The translations under genes were made by a program, and so were the position numbers. The notes beneath the pieces were generated by a model. That model did not search any database and was not told the DNA's origin. It saw only the letters and a list, made by a program, of their open reading frames with translations. Shown here in pieces: positions 21,742 through 32,900 of a DNA stretch of 64,000 bases. Source of the DNA: Podarcis filfolensis (lineage: Eukaryota); the NCBI GenBank assembly GCA_964270895.1, contig OZ185436.1; one strand, 5' to 3'. How positions within the stretch are numbered: position 1 is the stretch's first letter; each line of letters opens with the position of its first letter.

Positions 21742-24700
21742 GGAATGGGCTGCTGCTCATCTCTGCTCCTGCTCAATCTGATTCCTACTCAACCCCCATG
21801 TTTCCGCTACTCCCAGGTAGCTAGGACTAGTAGTGGGCATAAAGTCATGCCTGCAGTCTCCCTGGAGTTGCATGCATCTCACTGTAACAAGCCACTGTAT
21901 TATGTGCATGCTGAACACTATCGCTGGCACCTGCAGGCAGTTCTTGTCTACAGGCAACCATCTAAGTTATTTTTTTTTAAAAAAGATTTGAAAATAGTAA
22001 CTGCTGAAGGAGCACTAGCTAAAAAGCAGTATTAGTGTTGGTGGGACTTGTCTGAATAGCGAATGAGAACCTGTGAACTTCCCAACTTCCACCAATGGTC
22101 ACAAATTATGGCAGTTACAGTCCAGCAAAATCCAGTTCCCCATCTCTGAGGTAGAAAAACAAATAGCAGTAGCAGTAGCTATTAAGAATTAACAATAAAA
22201 TGATTATAAGCATAGCTTACATTATATGCAAATGCAGGCATGGACAGTTTATATATTTAGACTAATGAAGAAGGGTCTTTCTTCATTCAGCTGGTAACAT
22301 TCAAAGTCCAGACTGCTAGAAAGCGCTTGAGATTGATTGCTTCTTGATAAAGAGTGCATTTTATAGTTATGCATTGTAAATGATGATCACTGGGCCTCAT
22401 GGAGCAGGCTGCCATCATGCTTTTTTTAAAATGTGAAGGAGGACTTCCAGTCCTCTGTATGGTGCAATGCAGTCAAACTGGGATCCCCATTAAATGATCG
22501 AAGATAGTACCAAGGAAGGTTGGAGGTCTCTAAACAGAAGTCATGGAATGAATTACTTGTGAAGGTAGACTGGGGGAAGTAATCCTCATCTCTTAGCTGG
22601 GAGCTGAAGCCTTGAATGGCTTCCTTGTTACTTTGGGACTGTTGCTGGAACTGAAACCAGGCATCTAAAATTCCAGAGGAACAAAATAAGCAGTACCAAA
22701 GAAGAGAGAGAAATGAGGCTGGGGGAGAAAAATATCCCTCAAGAGGTGCAAGGAGAACAGTTTGTTACATTTCAGATATGAAACTCTTGTTCAAGGGCAA
22801 CGTATTTATATATTACACACTGGTGCTTATGAACACACTTAAATGCTCTTCTAGCATGTAGATTCTTTAACCCCACAGACTAGGGTCAAAACTTTTGTTC
22901 CATCATTAATGTCTGAATGTGTCTGGGATGAATATTGCAAGGCTGGCGAAGGGTGGCTGCAGTCTAGAGCTTATAATTTTGGGGTACTTAAAAGTAATAG
23001 AACGGTAATCAGGACTGAGTATAGCCTGTTCCTTTATCAGTTGTTCCAAGAAATGCTGAAGCTTGGATAAATCATAAAAATTAAGCCAGTTTTTTCCTCC
23101 CCCCACAAAAAAATGGTGTGCGTATGTGTAATTTGTTCTTTTGCATGCATAATTTAGCACCTCGTCCTTTCTGTAAGAAACATAGTGTGCCAAACTTATT
23201 GCTATTCCTCCCTAGAATATCAGTTAAGAGGTGGCAACTGTCCCAAGGCCACCCTGTACATTATAAGTGGGCATTATAGGCCTGGAACTCCCCAGACCAA
23301 AATCAGTTTTCTTCTTGCCACCATTCATTGGCTCTCCGGTGCTAGATCTGGGAAGAGGTGCAGGAAGAACAGAAGACAAGGAAAGCTGCTCCACTGGCTG
23401 CTGTAATCGCTTATCTCTCCTTGGGCTTCTCAGATTTTTAACATGCATGCATTCTTTCAAGCCTACTTTCCCAGAACTCCAAACTGGTTTTGTTTTTGTT
23501 ATTCTAGCAGTTCTGCTGAATTGTACAGTGCAATGCTGAAGGCTACAATGCAGCAGGAGCCACATTAACAAATGCCTTGTACACCTTTTAGTTGGCAACA
23601 CACATTGTTGACAGCCTGCTAGTTTTCTGAATCCTCTCTCATGGAGTGTGAAAGCCACCATCATGTGTAAATTTACTGAGAAGGCATCATTTCATCAGGC
23701 TTTCCGTTTCTCCTGCCACAAATGGAAAGTCTTCTGAACACTACTAAGAAATGAAAGAACTTTCTTTGGGTTTCTGTTGCTGCCCTACATTGGTGCCTGT
23801 GTAGAGGCTTGCTTGCTTGATAATTTATTTTTCATTTGAACTTTTTAGTCACTTGTTACACTCTAGGCAGGGGGATTATGGGTTCAGAATCTTATTACTC
23901 TCTCAGTGAAATGTGCATGTAAATAAGCACTTATTTTGGAAAAGTAACAGGTGCCTGTTTTAGTTGAGTCAAGAATGGAAAATTCTAGTTGAGCTGCTGA
24001 GTATCTGTACTGGGGGGTGGGGGGGGTCTGTTCTGCTGAGTTCCTGTGCTCAGTGTGGAAGCCAGGCCTGATTCCCCCTTGCCCACCTCAAAACTAGTTA
24101 AGTACATAACTGGTTAAGTACAAAATGGCCTCTTTTTCTAACTGGAAAAGTGTGAAGATTTAAATGCGGTTGGCTTCTTTCAGTGGTAATTGGCAAGAGA
24201 ACTGTTTCAGCAAGATGGTCGCAAGTGGGTAACTGGGAACGCTTTTTTGAGGAGAACCCTTCTTAAGGACAAAAGGAAATGAGACTGAGAAATATGAGAG
24301 CTTATTAAGTGCTGGATTAACTTGCCAGCAGAGCGACAAATAATTACTCTAGTTTTCACAAGTCTTACAGGAGAGCTCCATGGGAGCAGGCCTGTCTCAG
24401 GCAGAGCTAGGAGAAAAGGTGCTTTCATGATTATCAGAAGGAAGACAAGCACCAATTTAAGCCTCTCTCCTGGAAAAATCTTTGCGGTAGATGTTTCCCA
24501 TTTGATCTATTTTTATATTCCCCTTGGAGTGCACAATACAGTTCTTGAGTCATATTGATTAAGTTATTACACATTTTATCTGGATTTTTGCTTTTTTGCT
24601 GTGTTGATGTTTAAATATAGGTTTGTGACCCGCCCACCCCTTTTAAACTTTTTTTGGGGGGGGGGTCCTTATGTTTATAAATGCCAAAGAGTCACAATGT

Positions 24701-26942
24701 GAATATGTATACAAATTGGACTTGTCCAAAAATAGAAATAAAAGCAGGAAGTGTGATATTCTGACTAAATCCAGTGACTTCACCATGAAGGCATAGTTAG
24801 GCCATTTTGCATAGTGCCTGTACTTGATTCTGATATTGCAGAATAAATCTGAAGCTTAGTTTGCGCACCAAGTAGGCATGTGAAATGATTTTATACTGAT
24901 TCACTCCCCTCAGGGCCGGCAGCTCGCCAGACTTGCTGCCCATGTAGCCTGGTAATTATTACCTAACGGTGGGCAGGCTAGGAGGAGGTGGAGAGAGAAA
25001 TTTTTGTACTTGTAAAACAGCTTCAAGGCCACAGACAACCAGTGACTTGAGGCTGGATGCATTAGCAGCAACAAACTGGGCTTTATATGTCAAGGCTAAA
25101 CCATGAATTTTAGAAGTGATCTTCCCTCACCAGTTTTCCTAGTAGAGCAACCTGCTCGCTCTCCCAACTGGTGGTGAATGAAGGTTTCTTGGACTGAGAT
25201 GCTTGACTGGCCTCTTTATAGTATCAGTTACTAGATGTTTATAGCAAGAGCTGTTACTGCGTGTCAAGGCTGGCACTGTTGTAAGAGGGGGTTTTTTTCC
25301 TGACATGAGGAAAGCAAGTGTTTGTAAGATGCAGCAGGCAGGCCAGACTGGCCTGTTCCTCTGTGATGATTCACTGTGAGACAAAATTTATTTTACTGGT
25401 CTCATACACCTTGAAGAGAAGAGAATTGGTGAGGAAGTTTTCTTAGATTTCTGTCTGGGGTAGTTTCTCTGTTTTTCTTAATTGGGAATGTTTATGTATG
25501 CACCTTGGATATCCTGATACAGTGTTCAAGGTTTACCAGGGTGTTGCCCTGTGTCTGCAAATGTTTGTTATCTTGGGTTAAGGACTGTACTGAGTGTTTG
25601 TACTTGCAAGCTGATTTGTGGGGTCAACTTGCTCCTTTGTTGCTTGGCAACAAATGCTCTCTCTTGCTTTATATGCTTTTTGTAGTTTTTGATTATATCA
25701 GCTACTAAAAGGCTCAGAGAAAGAGCATTCTTTCCCAAAGACATGTTTAACAGATCAGTCCCCAACCTTTCTTGAAAACATCCAAGGAAAGAGAATATGC
25801 TACATAAGTGGCTGCATTTTGAATTTTCACTATAGTATCAATTTGCTCCCCTTTAGCTGAAAAAGGGCTTCTTTCATATGCTCCGTGATGTTATTTACAC
25901 TGCAAGACTGTGGACAGTCTCCCCATGTCACATTCTGGAAATTCTATTCAATTGTGATTTAAAAGTAGAAGTTGGAGAAATGAGGCCTTCAGACTTTCTG
26001 AAATTTTGCCCCATTCCCATAATTGAAGCTAGATGTGATACACAAAGTCTTTCATTTCCTCCACTACCCACAGTTGTCATCCCTGTCCTCTAGTTGGGAT
26101 GCAAATAGCTGTGCTATATTAATAGTTTCAGATCTTTGGCACCAAATATTGTGGACATCTGCAATTACAAGGTGTTTCCTGGTAGATTATGCAGGGTTAG
26201 TGGGTGATCCTCTGGCAGTGCTCTCTGCCAAAGCTGTTACTGCATTATGAACTTCTGCATCATCAGTCCACCATGCGTGTGCAATGACGCTGGTGTGATG
26301 GCACTGGGGCCTCTCATGTGCCAGGCAATCCTTACAGCACAATCCTATGCATGTGCGCTTGGAACTGTTCAGTTGAGTTCAGTGGGGCTCACTCCCAGAT
26401 ACCGTATTTTTCGCTCCATAAGATGTATCTGACCATAAGACGCACCTAGTTTTTAGAGGAGGAAAACATGAAAAAAAAATATTCTGAATTGAATGTGGTA
26501 CTAAACTATTTAAAGCAGCAAAGCGGGCTGCTCCTGTCCGCTTTGCTGCTTTAAAGTGAGCCACGGATGAGGGAAAGAAGGGGAGCTGCTTTGCTGCTTT
26601 AAAGTGAGCCGCGGAGGAGGGACGGACAGAAGCCATGGTTCCCCTTCCTTCCCTCCTCTGTGGCTCACTTTAAAGCAGCAAAGCGGACAGGAGCCGCTTA
26701 CACGTTCCTCCTCCATGCAGCATTCGCTTCATAAGATGCACAGACATTTCCCCTTACTTTTTAGGAGGAAAAAGTGCGTCTTATGGAGCGAAAAATACGG
26801 TAAGTGTGCGCAGTTTGTAGCCTAAGCCCCTTTTCGTATCTCTGTCTTATGCTAGCACTTTCTCAGACTGGGAGTAGACCCAGGCTGCCTCTTGCCTTTT
26901 ATTTCAGTCTACATACAGGTGCTTCTTGTTTCCCAGACATGG

Positions 26943-26998
<56 letters not shown>

Positions 26999-29900
26999 TT
27001 ATTATTTATACCCCGCCCATCTGGCTGGGCTTCCCCAGCCACTCTGGGCGGCTTCAAAAAAAAATATTAAAATACTGTAATACATCATGCTTTTCAAAGA
27101 TGCTATGTGAATTTTGCATTTTCAAAAGTTTGATTGGTCTTCGTGGCTAAAAGTCATAAAAGAAACAAATGTGTTTCATTTAGAGGAACTTGGTTGCTGT
27201 GTGGATTCAAGGCTTCTTTTCTACTGCGGTGGAAGGTTGGAAGACTGCTCAAACCTTCTTTCCCTGAGAAGGCCACTTTCTGTCACCACATTTCAAGGTC
27301 GGGTCTCTATGGAGAGGGATCTCTTTGTTCACACTTTTTCTTTACTTCTGAATGTCAGTCCATGATTATGTCAGTGACACCTGCTGAGCTGATTTTGAAT
27401 TGCTTGCACTCCCCATCTCCAGTTTGGGCATGAAGACAGTTAGTTGACTTCCATAGCTACCTTTACTGTTATTTAACATTTTGGATCAGGACAAGAATAT
27501 GTCATATGGAATAGAACAGATTTGCAACAATATCCACTAGTGGAGAGTAGAAATTGCCTCTGGAAGGCTAGGTAAATCAATTTTCATATTACACATGCAC
27601 ACATCCCATAGGGCCATGTGTCTCTCTTGTCTCCCTTCTAACATCCAGCCAGGGGTGGGGAATGTCTGGCTCTTCAGCTGTTATTGGACTCCAGCTCCTG
27701 TCACCCCTGACCATTTCCCACACTGGCTGGGACTGATGGAAATTGAGATCCAATAGTATCTGGAAGGCCACAATTTTCAACAGTCTGCCTGTAAAAGTCA
27801 GTGTGGTTCTTAGTTTCTGACTTGGTTCTGTTTGACGAATACACTCTGATTTGTTAGATTCCCATTGGCTTAACAACTGGCTTCTGGTGTCTGCTTCCTA
27901 GAACTTTGTTTTTTTTTTAAAGATATTTATTAAAGTTTTGCAAAAAGAAAAAAGTTACAGAGTAAAAAAAAAGAAAAAGAAAGAGTACAAAAAGTACAAA
28001 AATACATGAAAAAAGGGGAAAAATGCAAAATACAGAAAAAATAAATAGAAGATAATTAAAAACAAATCAATCTTTTCATATCTTAGATTTCATTTACTTA
28101 TTTCCCCGACCTCCTCACACCTCCCTTTTTTGTATTCCCGTTCACATGTTTAATTCAGCAAATCCTTACCCTCTTTATTTTTATCTTAATTCTATATCTC
28201 AACATATTATAACTATATTTTCATCCATTATCAATCCATTTTTACATATTCTTATTAACCTTATTGCTAAGGCCGCTTCATTTCAATCCGACATCATTTT
28301 AACATTCATTAATTTTACAATGTTTCTGCAAATAGTCTTTAAATTTCTTCCAATCTTCTTCCACCGACTCTTCTCCCTGGTCTCGGATTCTGCCAGTCAT
28401 TTCCGCCAGTTCCATATAGTCTATCACTTTCATCTGCCATTCTTCCAGGGTGGGTAAATCTTGTGTCTTCCTTTGTTCCATGACATTGTTGCCTGTTGAG
28501 ATACTGTGCCACCTGAAAAAGCATTTGTTTTTCAACAAACAAGGAGCAGATACTTATTTTGGGATGATTTTGGAACTTTCAGGCTAGTTATAAACATACT
28601 TACCAGAGAGTAAGTTCCAATGGGTGGTATACAGTGTTAGTCCTACTTGGAACATACCCAGTTAAATGACTGGACATGGCTAACTTAGATCCTTGAATTT
28701 CAGTAGGTCTCTCCTGAGTAGAACTTAGTTTCTTCCAAATTCTATTGGTTGTATCCAACTTCCTTCTGAGTAAGCATGTTTAGGATTGCATTGTGTATCC
28801 AATAACTGACTGAGCAGATAAAAATGTAGCTCTACACTTCTAGTCCAGCAATAATCACTTTCAGATGATTATAAGTCACTCTGGAGACATTCCGTTCCAG
28901 TATAACAATTCTGGTTTTGCAATATCTGAAAATGTCCTTGGAGAAAGCAACTGTGCGTCTCAGCTTCCCTGATTAGCTATGTGGACGGTGTTCGTGCCAT
29001 TATTGCTATGTTGCTGTGTTATGTTCTGTGAAAACTGTTTGTGGTAGCAAGTTAGCTAGTGCCTTTGGTGGGGATGGCATTATTTATTACATATTTTTTC
29101 CATTATGGAACTCAAAAGCTGTGCACATGAGGTTCTGAAGAGGTCTCCCATCCAGCCACTGACCAGTCCCAGACCTGCTTAGCTTCAGCAAGGTGGCTGC
29201 ATCAGGTGCCCTCAGACCATGCCTTGGGACATGTCTAGAGCAGGTGATATCTAAAACTGATCGTACAGGAATGGGAGCATTTTCAGTATGCCTTTCATAC
29301 TCCAAAAGGTCCAGTTTGACTAGTTCTCTGTTCTGTTCTGCTTATCATGTTGCCTGATGCAATAAGCACTGCAATGCTAGCTGCCAGGTGTGGGTATGAT
29401 AGCAACCTTCCCTTCTTTCTCATAAAGCAGGTGTGGAATGGAAACTGCCAGATAGCAGAGCTGAGCTAATTGAGATTGGAGTTGAGGCTAAACTTGGTTA
29501 ACAGAAGAATAGAGAAGCTCTTTAATTATAGCAGCATGATTGACACAAACAGTTTTCCATTGCCCCACGTTGTTCAAACAAGGACTTAACTGTGGCTTAG
29601 AAAAAAGCTACAAATTGCATGTAGCTGTCTCTGTGACTGCTTTTCTTAATGCATCTTTGAGATGAGCCCATAGTTGGAGGTTAGGGATGAGAATTGGTCA
29701 TTTTTCAACTCCAAGCCCCCTCCTACATCTGTTCCCTCTCTCCTCTTCCCAGCCATAAGGTTGCAAGTATGTGTTTACCCGTGTTTTGAACCCTGAGGAA
29801 AGGAAACAGATGAGGAGTGAATTTCAGAGGGGGAAGTGGCCAGTGGGGAAAGGGTTAAGCACCCCACCCACTGCTTCCTCGTTTGGAATGCCTCCCTCCC

Positions 29901-32900
29901 TGCTTTACCAGAAACACTTTGTGTGCAATGGGCAGTTTGTCTCTTGCATAGAAGATAGTTTAAAAGAGGATTGCTCATGGGAATTTCTCTGACATGTACA
30001 AATAGTATGACAAGGGCTTGCTATGATTTTGGTTGTAACTTGCATTGTCTGTTCAAGAATAGTAAGAGACATATGTGACGTAGTTAAAAATAAAGGGCAA
30101 GAGCGGATTAGTTTTGGGGAGTCACCTTTGCTTTTCCATCCTGCATCTGATCCATGCTACCTTTACAGTACAGTCCTGAAGTCGAGAGGGCCAATCTGTT
30201 GCCAGAAAGTCCCATGTTGAGGGCACTTCTTAATATATAGGATGCCCGGGGTTGGGTGTCATGGACCTCATTTTGCAAAGGGAGAGTGCCATGTTTTGGG
30301 GTTCACGTTTGGAGCGGGGGCATACTTTGCAGACCATGGGAGAAGACAGCAGAATCTGAAGCAGGTCCTGTGAGCTCATAGCGTCAAAAAGCCCAGAAGA
30401 GTTTTAGCTTCTTGTCAGGGAAGAAGCATCAGTCATGAAACAAAATGGAATTGTTTTTTTACCTGCCTGAAACACACTTAAAGGATTGTATTTCTCAGCA
30501 GACATTCTAATCAGTAGCAAATACCAAAGTAGTTGATTAAATGACAATTCCTGTGGCGTATTATTAGATGCACAATATAGATGAGATGAATAAACAGTAG
30601 ATAATTGTATCCAAAGTCAAATTACCTAGCCACAAGGTCGACATAGGAAGTTGATCCTAATATGCATTTGCTTGTGTTAAATTTCGGCACTCCCCACACA
30701 CCCCCTCCATTACCAGATGCTCCCCACCCCCAACGGTTCACTGGCCTAGTCTTCTCACCCAATGCTGATAGGAATTGTCCAAAGTGATTTGCTTTTTTAC
30801 ACTGTCTCTCTAGTCTAGCCTCTTGGCTGCCCTGAGCCTCTTGTCTTCATAACACCAAGATTGTGATTCACAAGCACATAGTCCACTGACATGGAGCATG
30901 AAACAGACCACCCACAGTTTATCCAAATAATGAAATCTCTCCAGCTGTGTATGCCTTCTGTGCTGTTCATTTTCAGCTCTTGCCCGCTGCCCAGCTTTGC
31001 CCCTCCTGAAGTGTTATGGCATTGTCCTGCTCAGAACATGAAGCTCATAGCCAGCATTCTAAAACAGTCTGCCATACCCACCGCCACTCCGATTCAGCAA
31101 TAAAATGCAGGGGGAAGCACTGGGACACACACAAACACCACACTCAGACATAGACCTGTGAAGCCCAGACCTGTACAGTGGTACCTCTGGTTGCGAACGT
31201 GACCCGTGCTCGTTCACAACATGAAAAGAGCGCAACCTGCACATGCACAGGTTGCGATTCGCCGCTTCTGCGCATGCACGTGATGTTATTTTTTCACGTC
31301 TGTGCATGCGTGAGCGGCGAAACCCCGAAGTAACCCTTTCCGGTACTTCCGGGTCGCCGCGGGACATAACCTGAAAGAACGTAACATGAAGCATGACTGT
31401 ACCTAGAAACTCAGCACAAAAAGAAGTGTGTATGAGCCCTGACAGACTTGCTGTTATGATTCTGTTCATCTTAAAGATACAGCCTGGAGTGTGTGTGCAA
31501 AGGGGCTGCAGAATAGGAGAGATGCGGAGGCACGGAAATTGGGGGGGTGTCCTGTGCGCAAGGGAAAATTGAGAAATTGAGGAGAAGGAAGAGAAGGGAC
31601 TAAAAGGAGTGGAGGTGGAAAGGGGGCTTGCAAAAAGAAAAAGAAAAAGGAAGGAGTAGGAGGCACGGGGAAAGGGTTTGAAGATGAAAGCAGGGACATG
31701 AAAGGATCTGAAAAATAGGGAAAGTTGGATTCATAATTGAGCAAAGGATGAAATGGATGCTTAGTAATTTCAATGTGTGGGAAGAGGAAAATACATGAAT
31801 TTACCATGCAGGTGGGGTTGCACAAAGAAAAGAAGAGAGGAGGCATAGACATGGGGGTGAAGGTGAAAATGGGTGCAAAACAAGGCTGTGGAATAGAAAA
31901 GTGGCTTTAGAAATGTGGCTGGGAAGGGGACAAGCCAGGTTAATAGTTGCATGGGATGGGAAGGGGAAGCTCCATGGAGTTAATGTGGCAGGAATGGTAG
32001 GGAGCTGGAGAGCAGAGCAGGCAGAAGCACAGCCCCTAATATATGCCTGGGTTTTTGGTATTTTTAAAAACATGAATGGTTTCTGCGGCAGAACCATTTT
32101 ATTTGTATTGTCTATGGTAATGTGGCCGGTGGCATATCCAGGGTCTTTCTGACTTGGTTGCCCCCTTGTGTACTTTTCACTGCCTTTTCTCAGTCAGTGC
32201 TCTAGTTTGGCAGCTGGATTCCTCCAAAGAATTTTCACTTTGTCACAGCTGGTAGTTTTATAGCCTTGTTTTCTTCCCTGCGCATTGTCACAACTCTTTT
32301 AAACAAGTATTACCAGTTACTCTTTTTAATTCAACCTGTCCAGTTACTGTGTTTGTGTTCATTTATGTGGTTTTGGGCTGGGTACGTGGAGCATTCAAAG
32401 CACCTTGAGTGTCTAAATTAAAAAGACTTAGCACTCTATTAACATGTGACACTAATTCAGAGGCATCGGTTTCAGGCGTCTTGGATTTAGTACCCCAGAT
32501 GAACTATGTACACACACAGAAAGAGAGAGAGAGAGAGAGAGATTGTCAGAAAGAAAGGATACCACATCTCATTCCCATCCATTAATTCAATTTTGGGTTT
32601 AGATTTTGAGTGAATCATCAGGTTTATCAGCATTACAGCTCATGAGATCTGATTTAAACTGGTGTGCAGTTGCTAAGACAGGAAGCGCTTTTGGTTAATC
32701 CCGGGGGAAACTTCTGCCACTTAGAATCATAGAATTGTAGAGTTGGAAGGGACCTCAATGCAATTACCTCCAACCCCCTGCAATGCAGGAATCTCAGATA
32801 AAGCATCCATTATTTTTTGAAAATAATTTTATTAATCTAGATTTTCAGGATAGCCTGCAAAAGAGAACCATAAAACAAATATAAAACAGATCAAAAACAT

